35,169 nucleotides of DNA from assembly GCA_043816785.1 (NCBI GenBank), contig JBDRHP010000049.1, positions 1 through 35,169 of the forward strand. The letters run 5' to 3'. Position numbers and translations under genes: made by a program. Numbering within the stretch: position 1 is the first letter of the stretch; the number at the start of each line of letters is the position of its first letter. Shown piece by piece: positions 18,431 through 28,415 of the stretch. The stretch comes from Candidatus Margulisiibacteriota bacterium. GTDB lineage: Bacteria > Margulisbacteria > WOR-1 > O2-12-FULL-45-9. The notes under the pieces were generated by a model. That model did not search any database, had not been told where the DNA came from, and saw only the letters and a program-made list of their open reading frames with translations.

Positions 18431-19993
18431 TTAGTAAATGACTAATAATTCCCCGCGTTTCCCATAGACCACTGCTGTATCTTTAATCCTCTCAAATTCA
18501 GCCGCGGTGGTGAAACAATAGCCTTTTTTCTCCTTGATGAAATCAGCTAACTCTTGTTCATTAGCTAAGAAAACAACTGGCCGGCTGCTGTAAAAAACCA
18601 CTCCTGGCCGATTGCCGACATTATAAGCTGCGATCAACTCATCCGGCAGAACAACTAAGTTTACTTTGGCTGCCAGTTCTTTGGCGCCTTTATATTTTTC
18701 AACCGCGGGCAGGGTTTGCGTGGTCAGGATCAAAGTCAGGATAAAGACCATGACAGGAAGAGTAAAGAACGACAGGTTGTATTTGCGAAAGGCAAAGGTA
18801 GCGATCGAGAAAAGGCTGCCAATTACGAGTACGCCGGCCAAGAGCTGCAAATTAGGCAGCAGTTCCTGATATTGGCCTGAATAGTTTGTGGTCCCCAGCA
18901 TAACAAAGCCAATAATGATGAGCGCTACAACGACCGCTAATAAAACATTGGAGATCGCCATGCCAGTTTTCAGCATTTTTTGTTCTGTGCCCAAAAAATC
19001 GTCCCAAATCTTGCCGACCATGATCGCTAAGAAGGGGTAGATCAATAACAGGTAGCTTGGCAGTTTTGTTTTGGCAATTGAGAAGACAATGAAAACCGGA
19101 ATGATCAGACAAAGTGTTAGTAAGGCTGGGTCTTGGAGCCGCTTTTTCCAGGTCCGCAGCAAAGCAAAAGGCAAAAAGTGTGACCAGGGGGCAAAGCCTA
19201 GGATAATTGCCAGAAAATAGTAATACCAGGGACCTGGATGGCCAGAGACCACTCCTTGAAATCGTGACATGAAGAGAAAACCCACGGCAAAGTCAGCAAA
19301 TATTTGGCCGTGGATAGCCCAGCTGGCTAGATACCAGGGAGAAGCGATCAGCGCCACGATGGCGACCCCGGGCAGGAGCTGCATTTCCTTTAGCCGGCCG
19401 AGCTCTTTTTTAAAGAGCAGAAAAAGAAAGACAGCCAGGGCCGGAATGGCTAAGCCGATTATTCCCTTGGTGATCACGCCTAAGGCCATGGCAGCGTAGC
19501 ATAACCAGTAGAACTTTGGATTTTTTGTTTGGAAGCCCCAGTAAAAGAAGAGCAGGGCAGCAGAGATTAAGAGGGTCAGTAAAATATCAATTTCTGCGAT
19601 ACGCGACTGGATCAGGAATTGAAATGAGGTCATGGCAATTAAACCAGAGAAGAAGCCGGCTCGCTCATTGTAAAAAGTTTTACCCAGATAAAAGATTGTG
19701 ATAACCGTGAGCACTCCGGAAACCGCTGCCCAGAAACGGATCGCAAATTCATTAAAACCAAACAAAACGGTGGCAATTGTTGCCAGCCAAAAATAGAGCG
19801 GGGGTTTGTCAAAGATGACCTGACCATTGTAGTGCATGGTCAGGAAGTCCTTGGTGATCCCAATCTGTTTGATGAATTCCCCGTAAGTGGTTTCGGCTGC
19901 GTCGTAAAGCGAGGGCTGCCAGAGATTAAAGAAAAAGAGAACTCCCGCCAAGAGGATCAAGACTGCAAGGAGATTATTTTTGTTATTGTCCAT
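18431..19993 (-). CDS. ArnT-like GT83 lipid-linked glycosyltransferase
   Basis: FDKPPLYFW, TKG, PWY, HPGPWYYY and KTKLPSY motifs; polytopic membrane protein. Confidence 0.88.
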   Translation of the reverse strand: MDNNKNNLLAVLILLAGVLFFFNLWQPSLYDAAETTYGEFIKQIGITKDFLTMHYNGQVIFDKPPLYFWLATIATVLFGFNEFAIRFWAAVSGVLTVITIFYLGKTFYNERAGFFSGLIAMTSFQFLIQSRIAEIDILLTLLISAALLFFYWGFQTKNPKFYWLCYAAMALGVITKGIIGLAIPALAVFLFLLFKKELGRLKEMQLLPGVAIVALIASPWYLASWAIHGQIFADFAVGFLFMSRFQGVVSGHPGPWYYYFLAIILGFAPWSHFLPFALLRTWKKRLQDPALLTLCLIIPVFIVFSIAKTKLPSYLLLIYPFLAIMVGKIWDDFLGTEQKMLKTGMAISNVLLAVVVALIIIGFVMLGTTNYSGQYQELLPNLQLLAGVLVIGSLFSIATFAFRKYNLSFFTLPVMVFILTLILTTQTLPAVEKYKGAKELAAKVNLVVLPDELIAAYNVGNRPGVVFYSSRPVVFLANEQELADFIKEKKGYCFTTAAEFERIKDTAVVYGKRGELLVIY

Positions 19994-19994
19994 T

Positions 19995-20861
19995 TTATTT
20001 GCCTCCTATCATCCGTTTTGTTTCAAAAGCATTGAGAAACATGGCCCACTGTTCAGGGTTGGCTTTAATAAAAGCCTCGAACGTCCCGAGTATCTTGCGC
20101 ATGGCTTCTTCTCGATTCTCTTTCGTGACCTTTATGGGTTTGTGTAAAGTAATGGTATTCCTTCTACCTGATTTTTTAGCCAGGGTAGGGATGACTGCGC
20201 AGCCGCTTCTTTGGGCCAGGGTTAACCAGCCAGTGGCTGCCGGCACTTTCTTCCCCAGGAAGTCAATTGTCTCATGGCGGCTCTCCAGCGCTCCGGTATC
20301 AGCCAGGAGATAGATAAGCTCGTTCTTATCAAGGACCTTAAGCGATTCTTTGTACATGTCGGAGTCCAGCACGTTGATCAGCCTGGCTCCCTCAGAACTT
20401 CGGCTACGATTAATTATCTCAAATATCGGCTCATTTGTCGCCCGCAAAACAATGTTCATCGGATAGCCTAAATTAGATAAAGCGGCATGGGTTAGCTCAT
20501 AGTTGCCGGTATGCATGGTGAGAATAATGACCCCTTTGTGCTCTTTTAATGCCTGGGTAAGGTTTTCCAGGCCTTGCCATTCAATGATGGCTTGATAATG
20601 CTTCCTTTTAAAGAATGGCACACAGAGGATCTCGAATATTGAATAGCTGGTGTTGCTGATCAATTTGTCAGCCAGCAGAGCAGCCGGACTTTCAGGAATG
20701 ACTTGGGCAATATTATTAATGACAGTGCTTCTCAATCTGGTGAGCCTGGCCAGGGCTTGGATGAGCCAGGCAGCGGCGTACATAATATTGAGGGCCACCG
20801 CAACCGGCGCAAAGAATATGATCCTAAAGCAGAATTGCAGGAGTTTTACAAAAAAGATCAT
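19995..20861 (-). CDS. Lipid A late acyltransferase (LpxL/HtrB family)
   Basis: HTGNYE (H-x4-E), LLAD, FLG and PEQW motifs; adjacent to an msbA-like gene. Confidence 0.8.
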   Translation of the reverse strand: MIFFVKLLQFCFRIIFFAPVAVALNIMYAAAWLIQALARLTRLRSTVINNIAQVIPESPAALLADKLISNTSYSIFEILCVPFFKRKHYQAIIEWQGLENLTQALKEHKGVIILTMHTGNYELTHAALSNLGYPMNIVLRATNEPIFEIINRSRSSEGARLINVLDSDMYKESLKVLDKNELIYLLADTGALESRHETIDFLGKKVPAATGWLTLAQRSGCAVIPTLAKKSGRRNTITLHKPIKVTKENREEAMRKILGTFEAFIKANPEQWAMFLNAFETKRMIGGK

Positions 20862-22579
20862 GTTTTATTCTTAAACTGGATCTCGTAGAGATATTTATAT
20901 AACCCATCTTTGGCCAATAATTCCTGGTGAGTGCCTGCTTCTGCGATCTGGCCGTCATCAATAACTAATATTCGATCAGCTTTTTCAACTGTATAGAGCC
21001 GGTGGGCAATAATAAAGGTGGTCCTGTTTTTCATTAGCCTTTCCAAGGCTTCCCGGATCAAGACCTCGGTTTCCGCATCCAAGGATGAGGTCGCTTCGTC
21101 CAGGATCAGGATCCTGGGGTCCCGCAGGATAGCTCGGGCGATAGCTATGCGCTGTTTTTCGCCGCCAGATAGCTTGGCGCCTCGTTCGCCAACCTGGCTG
21201 TCGTATTTTTGTTCCAGATTGTCAATGAATTTATGGGCATTGGCCAGTTTGGCTGCCTCAATGATCTCCTCTTCTTTGGCATTTGGTTTGCCATAAGCGA
21301 TGTTCTCTTTGATCGTTCCCCTAAAGAGGGAAATTTCCTGAGGCACGACCGCGATCTGCTGGCGCAAGGTTGCCTGCTTAACTTTTTTAATGTCGTGGCC
21401 GTCAACCAAAACCTGGCCGGAAGTTGGGTCATAGAAGCGCAGCAGCAGGCTCATTAAGCTGCTTTTGCCGGCGCCGGTGCGGCCGACCAGGGCAATGATC
21501 TCGCCGGGCTTAACAGACAGGTTGATGTTTTTTAGGACCTGTTGCTTTTCGTAGGCAAAAGAAAGATTGGCAAAGTCAACGCTGCCGGTGATCCGCGGCA
21601 GAGGCGCGGCATCTGGCAGGTCCTGGATGGTTGGCTGGATATCCGCGATCTCAAAGATCCTTTTGGTTGAGGCCATGCCTTGCTGGAGGATGCTGTAGGC
21701 TTTGCTGAGGGTGTTGCCGGGATCCGTCATGATCGCCAGGGCCGTGGCAAATGAGATCAGTTGGGGCAGGGATAAATTGCCGCTGATGATCTCCCTGCCG
21801 CCGTACCAGACGATGGCCACGACCGCCAGGGTCTGCAGCAGGGCGATAACCGGATTCTGGGTGGCCAGGATCTGTACTGCCCGCATATTGATATGAAATG
21901 ATTTTTTTGTTTCGCCCTTGAACTTGGCGACTTCCTTTTTTTCCATGGCAAAGGATTTAACTACCTTGACCTGCGAGATCGTTTCCTCCAGGTGGGAGGT
22001 AATATCCGCGGCTTTTTGCTGTACGCCTTCGCTGATCTGCCTGATCTCTTTAGCGAACAGCCTGATCACCTGGACGATCAGCGGCAAGGCAATGAAAGTT
22101 AACAAAGACAAACGCCAGTTAAGCAAAAAGATATAGGTCAACAAACCGATTAACAGAACGGTGTGAGGGATAATGGTGACAAAAACAGTGAACAAAGTGA
22201 CCTGGAGGGTTTGAATGTCGTTCATGACCCGGGAAACAAGCTCGCCGGTGTTCCATTTGGAATAAAAATCAAGCGACATGTCCTGCAAGTGTTCGTAGAG
22301 TTTGTCCCTCAGGTCAACGATCACCCGGTGGACCACAAAATAGGAAAGATATTCCTGGCCGTATGAAAAGAGCCCTTTGACCAGGAAGAGCCCAACCATG
22401 CCCAGCGCGGAAAGGTTAAGCAAAAAAATGTTTTTGTCTTCAATTACTTCAAAAATGTAGCCGGCCAGCGGGGCGATCACCAGGGTACTGCCCGTAACCA
22501 GTGCTGTGCAGATTGAGGCGCCGACGACCTGGGGGACATATGGCTTGATAAACTGAAACAGCCTACTGTAAAGCTTCAT
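20858..22579 (-). CDS. msbA: MsbA-like ABC exporter (TMD+NBD)
   Basis: TM domain followed by Walker A GRTGAGKS, LSGGEKQR and LDEATSSLD; lipid A gene context. Confidence 0.8.
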   Translation of the reverse strand: MKLYSRLFQFIKPYVPQVVGASICTALVTGSTLVIAPLAGYIFEVIEDKNIFLLNLSALGMVGLFLVKGLFSYGQEYLSYFVVHRVIVDLRDKLYEHLQDMSLDFYSKWNTGELVSRVMNDIQTLQVTLFTVFVTIIPHTVLLIGLLTYIFLLNWRLSLLTFIALPLIVQVIRLFAKEIRQISEGVQQKAADITSHLEETISQVKVVKSFAMEKKEVAKFKGETKKSFHINMRAVQILATQNPVIALLQTLAVVAIVWYGGREIISGNLSLPQLISFATALAIMTDPGNTLSKAYSILQQGMASTKRIFEIADIQPTIQDLPDAAPLPRITGSVDFANLSFAYEKQQVLKNINLSVKPGEIIALVGRTGAGKSSLMSLLLRFYDPTSGQVLVDGHDIKKVKQATLRQQIAVVPQEISLFRGTIKENIAYGKPNAKEEEIIEAAKLANAHKFIDNLEQKYDSQVGERGAKLSGGEKQRIAIARAILRDPRILILDEATSSLDAETEVLIREALERLMKNRTTFIIAHRLYTVEKADRILVIDDGQIAEAGTHQELLAKDGLYKYLYEIQFKNKT

Positions 22580-23666
22580 TAATTGCCTCCGTGATCTTAA
22601 CCGCGGCGCCTGGTTCTCCCATGGCTTTGATTAAATCCTCGGACATTTTTTCTCTTATCTTCCTGTCTTTTAAGAGGGAAACAGCTTTTTGCGCCACTAC
22701 TGCTGGATCAATTATACCTCTAATTTCCGGGATAATCTCGCTGTTAGCCTTAATATTGGGTAAGGCAAAATATTTTACTTTTTTATTCAAGGCATTGACC
22801 AGCGCCCGTTTAAACCAAGAGCCTAAATACGGCACCAGGCTGATGTAATGGACCAAGCCCTCAAGCGGTATGACATCCGGGTCATCTAAAGGAAAGATCG
22901 AGATCATGGGCAGGCCCATGGCAGCTAATCTGGCGGTGTTGGTCCCTGGAATGGTTATTACTAACCCAGAGTTAAAAACCTCTTCAAAATCAATTACTTT
23001 TGCGCCGGCAATATTTTTGGCTGAAACAAAAGGCGAGCTGACTATTTGAAATTTTACTTCAGGGACCTGACTGCGGATTGCCGCCATAATATTTTTATAA
23101 ATTGGTGTCATGTGATTGATCTGCCAGTGGCGGCTGCCGGGCAAAAAAGTGATCACGTTTGGCTGCGGCGACCATTTGGGCAAGTCTGCGACCGAATCGA
23201 CCATCAGATTGCCGATCACTGAAATTTTAGCCGAGGCTTTTCTGTTTTTTGATAATTTATTGCGGGACTGCTCATCCGGCACAAAGAATTTCTGGTAAGA
23301 CTTAGCCCAGCCGATCCAATCCTGGACATAGGCATAAGCCGGATACTTTAGCTTTTTAGCCACTAGGATAGCGTGGGCCAGGTCGCCGCCAAGATACAGT
23401 ACCAGCCCTTTGCCGGTAAAAGTGATGGCTGGTTTTTTGTTTTTGAGGATCCAGTCCTTGTAGCCGTCAGCGGAAACAGTGTTCGCAATACCCTTGATGG
23501 TCTTAATATAGTCCAGCTCTTTGCCGCTGGTGTATTGGCAGGGGGTGAGGACCAGGGTTATCCTGGCCTCCTTGAATTTTTCCACAAAAGTTTCCGCGAC
23601 TGGTTTGACTAAGGCGGAAAGTTCCCCGGGGCTATTGGTGACTAAAACAATATCATATTTTGCCAT
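22563..23666 (-). CDS. Lipid-A-disaccharide synthase-like protein (divergent LpxB)
   Basis: TNSPGEL, LYLGGD, GNLMVD, LPGSR, PGTNT and FALPNI. Confidence 0.72.
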   Translation of the reverse strand: MAKYDIVLVTNSPGELSALVKPVAETFVEKFKEARITLVLTPCQYTSGKELDYIKTIKGIANTVSADGYKDWILKNKKPAITFTGKGLVLYLGGDLAHAILVAKKLKYPAYAYVQDWIGWAKSYQKFFVPDEQSRNKLSKNRKASAKISVIGNLMVDSVADLPKWSPQPNVITFLPGSRHWQINHMTPIYKNIMAAIRSQVPEVKFQIVSSPFVSAKNIAGAKVIDFEEVFNSGLVITIPGTNTARLAAMGLPMISIFPLDDPDVIPLEGLVHYISLVPYLGSWFKRALVNALNKKVKYFALPNIKANSEIIPEIRGIIDPAVVAQKAVSLLKDRKIREKMSEDLIKAMGEPGAAVKITEAINEALQ

Positions 23667-23717
23667 TGGTGAAGGTAAAATTATACCAGATTTAGCGGCA
23701 ATTCTAAAGGTGACAAG

Positions 23718-24884
23718 CTATTCCGGCGCGGCAATCCCCATCATTTTTGCCAGCCAGCTCCTTTTGAGCTTGATCGACTTGTGAGGGCAAAGCTCATGGC
23801 AGCAAAAACACATGATGCATTTGCTAAGATCGATCTCAACTTTCTTGTTTTTATAGTGAATGGTCTCTGCCGGACAGTTTCTTACACAGATCAGGCATTT
23901 ATCACAGGTTGCCTGGTTGATCACCGGGTCAATCCTGAGCAGCTTGGTTACAGGCTGGAATAGGAAATTAAGCCAATTGGGAATATATTTGGTTAAGGTG
24001 TAAGTGCTGGAAGCATGCTGCCATTTTTTTTGGGCTACTTTTTCCAGGGTCAGGCCAACTATCTCAATATTCTCCAGCTTGCCTTGACCCAAACCTCTTT
24101 TATCCGCGATCTTCGTGGTATCGATCTCAAAGGGTTTATAACCAATGGCTGTGGAGCAGACAGCGTCCAGGGCAACTGCGTCAAACGAGGCATAGATCGC
24201 GCCCATAAACCTTTTGTTTCCAGCAGACGGGCCAGGGCCTTCCATGCCAATGACCGCGTCCATAATATTTACCTGGGGCTTGGTTACTTCCAGAATATCA
24301 ACCAACATTTCAGAAAACTCATAAGGCTGCGGCGCGAAGATATGGTATTTTGTCTTGAAAAAACCGGGGACAGCGCCGAACATATTCTTGATGGCGCCGG
24401 TATAAAGGGTCCAGCCATGGGTCTTTAACTTGGGAAGATTAATGATCACGTCCGCGTCTAAAACTGCTTGAGCTATTTTTAGGGTTTTTATTCTTTGGTT
24501 ATTGCTGGGGCTGGGAACGTCTGCTATTTTTGATTTTTGAAAATTAAGGATCTCTCCGCCAGCTTCCTTGGCTGCCTTGGCAAAGCCGGTCCGCTCCATG
24601 GTTTTGTCGATATTGGCAGAGGTATTCCCGGGACTGTCTCCCACCAAGGCCTTGGCCCCGAGCTTCTTAACTTCTTTTATTACCGCGGCAACAATTGCTG
24701 GGTGGGTGGTTACGACTGCGTCTGGTGCGGAGTCCATGAGAGCATTAACTTTGAGGAGAACCCGGTGCCCGGGTTTGACGATCGAATCCAGTCCGCCAAT
24801 AAGCTGAAGGCATTGGGCGACAGCTTGGTCGACAGTGTCTTGCTCGTAATTTGGACAGGAAGCGATGGCGACTTTTGAGTTCAT
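23718..24884 (-). CDS. DUF362 protein with C-terminal 2x[4Fe-4S] domain
   Basis: VLLKVN, TTHP, NLPKLKTH, KNMFG, MEGPGP and two CxxCxxCxxxCP motifs. Confidence 0.9.
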   Translation of the reverse strand: MNSKVAIASCPNYEQDTVDQAVAQCLQLIGGLDSIVKPGHRVLLKVNALMDSAPDAVVTTHPAIVAAVIKEVKKLGAKALVGDSPGNTSANIDKTMERTGFAKAAKEAGGEILNFQKSKIADVPSPSNNQRIKTLKIAQAVLDADVIINLPKLKTHGWTLYTGAIKNMFGAVPGFFKTKYHIFAPQPYEFSEMLVDILEVTKPQVNIMDAVIGMEGPGPSAGNKRFMGAIYASFDAVALDAVCSTAIGYKPFEIDTTKIADKRGLGQGKLENIEIVGLTLEKVAQKKWQHASSTYTLTKYIPNWLNFLFQPVTKLLRIDPVINQATCDKCLICVRNCPAETIHYKNKKVEIDLSKCIMCFCCHELCPHKSIKLKRSWLAKMMGIAAPE

Positions 24885-24886
24885 TT

Positions 24887-25130
24887 AATCCTTATCCCGA
24901 CTTATTGGTTAATTGTTTACTTATTCTTTTAAGCCCTTCTCCATTGGAAATGGAGAAGGGTTAAATGGTGTGATTTTTTATGGTTTTCCGGAATCTTCTT
25001 TTAATCTCCTATTAGTGAGTTTATTATATCATTATGGACTTTAACCACAAACTTAACCCCTCTCCATTTTTAATGGAGAGGGGCATTAATCACAGAATAG
25101 CCAATTAATCAATAAATTGGGGTGAGGATT
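24887..25130. mobile_element. MITE-like element with ~85-bp imperfect inverted repeats, each containing a 27-nt hairpin
   Basis: Hairpins CCCTTCTCCATT-GGA-AATGGAGAAGGG (24934-24960) and CCCCTCTCCATT-TTT-AATGGAGAGGGG (25057-25083). Their flanks also align in inverted orientation. Confidence 0.6.
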
Positions 25131-25142
25131 GGGGTGAGGTGC

Positions 25143-26192
25143 CTAATAACCGAGTCTCTTGATTACCTCGCTGATCTTGCAGGGGACAAACGTGGGTTTT
25201 TTACCGAGCAGGATGGCGTTGTCAGGGTCTTTAAGCCCGTGGCCGGTCAGGATGCAGACGACCGTTGATCCGTCAGGGACGTTGCCGGCTTTGGCTAATT
25301 TAATTAGACCGGCGACAGAAGCGGCGGAAGCAGGTTCAATAAAGATGCCTTCCTTGGAGGCTACCATTTTATAGGCTTCGATTATTTCCTGGTCAGTTAC
25401 AATGCTGATCGAGCCGCCGGATTCCTCAGCCGCGGCAACGGCCGGTTTCCAGCTGGCGGGATTTCCGATCCTGATGGCAGTGGCAATAGTCTCCGGATTT
25501 TCGATCGCGTGGCCGCGGACAATAGGAGCGGCGCCTTCAGCTTGAAAACCGATCATCTTAGGCAGAGTGGTAATTTGTTTGGCGCCAAAATATTCTTTAT
25601 AACCTTTCCAGTAAGCGGTAATATTGCCGGCATTGCCGACTGGAATAGCCTGGAAGTCCGGCACAGCGTCCAATTGGTTGCAGATCTCAAAGGCGCCGGT
25701 TTTCTGGCCCTCGATGCGAAAAGGGTTGATAGAATTAACTATTTCTATCGCATATTTTTCGCCGATCTCTCTGACTAGATCAAGGGCCTGATCAAAGTTC
25801 CCGTCTACTTCAAAGACTTTAGCCCCATGCATAATAGCTTGAGAAAGCTTTCCCAAAGCGATTTTTCCTTTGGGAATGATGACAATACAGTCAATCCCGG
25901 CTCGGGCTGCATAAGCTGAAGCCGAGGCGGAAGTATTACCGGTTGAAGCGCAAATAACTGCCTTGCGGTTTTTCTCCAGGGCCTTGGCCATAGCCAGACA
26001 CATACCGCGATCCTTAAAAGATCCAGTAGGATTAGCCCCTTCATATTTTAAATAGACCTTGCAGCGGGTAATCTCAGAGATATGTTTCGCATAGAGCAGG
26101 GGAGTATTTCCCTCATAGAAAGTCACGACCGGCGTTTTGTCAGTAACCGGGAGGTAATCGCGATATTCTTCTATAACACCTTTCCAGCGCAT
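25143..26192 (-). CDS. thrC: Threonine synthase
   Basis: NPTGSFKDRG (PLP Lys), CASTGNTSAS, PVGNAGN and TGHGLKDP. Confidence 0.96.
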   Translation of the reverse strand: MRWKGVIEEYRDYLPVTDKTPVVTFYEGNTPLLYAKHISEITRCKVYLKYEGANPTGSFKDRGMCLAMAKALEKNRKAVICASTGNTSASASAYAARAGIDCIVIIPKGKIALGKLSQAIMHGAKVFEVDGNFDQALDLVREIGEKYAIEIVNSINPFRIEGQKTGAFEICNQLDAVPDFQAIPVGNAGNITAYWKGYKEYFGAKQITTLPKMIGFQAEGAAPIVRGHAIENPETIATAIRIGNPASWKPAVAAAEESGGSISIVTDQEIIEAYKMVASKEGIFIEPASAASVAGLIKLAKAGNVPDGSTVVCILTGHGLKDPDNAILLGKKPTFVPCKISEVIKRLGY

Positions 26193-26205
26193 GTTTTTCT
26201 CCTGA

Positions 26206-26685
26206 TTATTTAATCTTTATATCTTTGGGCAGAGGGATGGTGCCCGAAGCTTTTATGGGGGTGGCAACCGTGACGCCCATTGTGCCGGCGGTAAGAGACC
26301 CTTCGATCCGATAGCTGATAGTGTCTCTACCCTCGGCGATACGTTGCGCAACAGCCAGGACACTGCCGAACAAACGACCGTAGCCAATAAAAACAGGAAT
26401 CTTTATAAGCTTTTTTGAATTAGCCGGCAGGTTAAATCCGCCGCGCTCTTCGACCAGGAGCTCCTGGTTTTCAATGAACACTTTGTAATCATATTTGGAA
26501 ACGTCGATGGACAAAGGATTTTCATTTGCGACATTGAACCAGAAGTTGACTTCAATTCCCTGGGCAGTTATATCCGCAATTTTATATTCCAGGAATTCCG
26601 CCTTGGGCGGAGACGGCTGAATGCAAGAGCTTAAAATAAAGGCAACGGAAATAAGGATAGGGATGATTAATGTTTTCTTAAGCAT
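26206..26685 (-). CDS. LEA_2/WHy-domain lipoprotein
   Basis: Signal peptide MLKKTLIIPILISVAFILSS-C (lipobox) and VANENP (NxN-like) motif; start at ATG 26685. Confidence 0.75.
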   Translation of the reverse strand: MLKKTLIIPILISVAFILSSCIQPSPPKAEFLEYKIADITAQGIEVNFWFNVANENPLSIDVSKYDYKVFIENQELLVEERGGFNLPANSKKLIKIPVFIGYGRLFGSVLAVAQRIAEGRDTISYRIEGSLTAGTMGVTVATPIKASGTIPLPKDIKIK

Positions 26686-26705
26686 TTGGCAATAATATAG
26701 CACAA

Positions 26706-27083
26706 TTAGATTTGTTTGAAAAGAAGCAGAAATATCCCGACCGCGATCAGCGCAATCCCCAGATAATTATGCAGCAGCAGCTTTTCGCCCAGCATAAAGT
26801 AGGAGAACAAGGCCACAAAAATAAAGCCCAAAGCGGTCATGGGGAAAGCCACGCTTAGTTTGAACCAGGAAAGGATTGCCAGCCAAAGAAAATAGGAAGA
26901 AGCCATCAAGGCGGTTCCCAGGAGAACGTAAGGGTTGGAGAGCAACGCCAGGCCGAGGCTAAAGAGATCTTTGCTCTCTTTGATGTTGAAGGAACCAACT
27001 TTGACCAGGCCGATCTTTAAGATTATCTGGCTAAAGGCCAGGATCGAAGTATATATAACGACCCAAATAAATAACTTGATCAT
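26706..27083 (-). CDS. Small EamA/SMR-type 4-TM transporter (ArnE/F-like)
   Basis: SQIILKIG, LSVAFPM and LGEK; four hydrophobic helices. Confidence 0.8.
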   Translation of the reverse strand: MIKLFIWVVIYTSILAFSQIILKIGLVKVGSFNIKESKDLFSLGLALLSNPYVLLGTALMASSYFLWLAILSWFKLSVAFPMTALGFIFVALFSYFMLGEKLLLHNYLGIALIAVGIFLLLFKQI

Positions 27084-27165
27084 TCCGTGATTATTATAGG
27101 TGTTTAAATGGGTCAGAGCAAGCCCCTCGACTCACTCTCCTTAGATATGATATAATCCGTCCGTT

Positions 27166-28413
27166 ATGAAGTATTCTATCCCTCGTGGAACCAAGGATAT
27201 TTTGCCTGCTGACAGCCCTCTCTGGCAAAAACTGGAAGCAATTTGCCGGCATGTTTTTGGCGCTTACAATTACCATGAGATCAGAACACCTGTTTTTGAG
27301 AAAACCGAACTATTTACACGCTCAATCGGTAACACAACCGATATTGTTAAGAAAGAAATGTATGAATTTAAAGACCGCAAGGGTAGAAGTTTATGCTTGC
27401 GGCCCGAAGAAACAGCTCCAGTGGTCAGGGCAGGACTTGAGAATGGCTTGATCCGACCGGATCAAGTGACCAAACTTTATTATATTGGACCAATGTTCCG
27501 TTATGAACGGCCTCAGGCTGGCCGTCAGCGCCAATTTCATCAGGCTGGGGTAGAAGTCTTTGGTTCAGCAGACCCTTTAATTGATGCTGAAGTTATCTTA
27601 ATGAATGTTCAGTTGTTCGAAGCTTTGGGTCTTATGGATCTGGAAGTTAATATGAATAGTGTTGGTTGTCCAAAATGTCGACCAGAATTTCGCCAGCAGC
27701 TTAAAGCCTACTTTAAGGATAATATAAGCAAGATGTGTGATGATTGTCGGGATCGGTTTGAGCACAATCCATTGCGCATCTTGGACTGTAAAGAGGCGAA
27801 ATGCCAGAAATTTATTAACTCAGCCCCAGCCTCAGTCGACACTTTGTGCGCCGACTGCAAAACCCATTTTGAAGAAGTGATCAAAATGCTTGATTACCAG
27901 GAAGCCAAGGTTGTGGTTAACAAGCGGTTGGTGCGCGGACTTGATTACTATAATAGGACAACTTTTGAGGTCGTGGCTAAATCACTTGGGGCGCAAAACG
28001 CTATTTCCGGTGGCGGCCGGTATGATGATCTGGTGGCCGAGCTGGGCGGGAAACCAACCCCGGCGGTCGGGTTTGCCATTGGCATTGAAAGGGTGATCGA
28101 GGTCTTGAAAAAATCAGAGATCGCGCTGGCCCAGCAGCCAAAGGTCAAAATATTCTTTGCCGCGCTGGGCGATGAAGCAAGAAAGCTAGCCTTTGATCTG
28201 GTGATCGGCTATAGAGAAAGATTCATCAATGCGGATATGGATTATCTGGGCAAATCCCTGAAGTCCCAGCTTAAATTAGCGGATAAACTGGGCGCGGAAA
28301 AAGTGATCATTTTGGGTGAAGATGAATTGAAAAAAGGATATGGTATAATTAAAGATATGAAGACCTCAAAACAGGAAGAGGTCAAATTAGATTCCCTCGC
28401 GGAGGTTATGTAA
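27166..28413 (+). CDS. hisS: Histidine--tRNA ligase
   Basis: PRGTKD, LRPEETA, FRYERPQAGRQRQFHQ, LVRGLDYY and GGGRYD. Confidence 0.98.
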   Translation: MKYSIPRGTKDILPADSPLWQKLEAICRHVFGAYNYHEIRTPVFEKTELFTRSIGNTTDIVKKEMYEFKDRKGRSLCLRPEETAPVVRAGLENGLIRPDQVTKLYYIGPMFRYERPQAGRQRQFHQAGVEVFGSADPLIDAEVILMNVQLFEALGLMDLEVNMNSVGCPKCRPEFRQQLKAYFKDNISKMCDDCRDRFEHNPLRILDCKEAKCQKFINSAPASVDTLCADCKTHFEEVIKMLDYQEAKVVVNKRLVRGLDYYNRTTFEVVAKSLGAQNAISGGGRYDDLVAELGGKPTPAVGFAIGIERVIEVLKKSEIALAQQPKVKIFFAALGDEARKLAFDLVIGYRERFINADMDYLGKSLKSQLKLADKLGAEKVIILGEDELKKGYGIIKDMKTSKQEEVKLDSLAEVM

Positions 28414-28415
28414 TA

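Noticed and set aside
24887..25139. CRISPR array
   Set aside because: The repeats are inverted rather than direct with unique spacers, and no cas genes are in the window.
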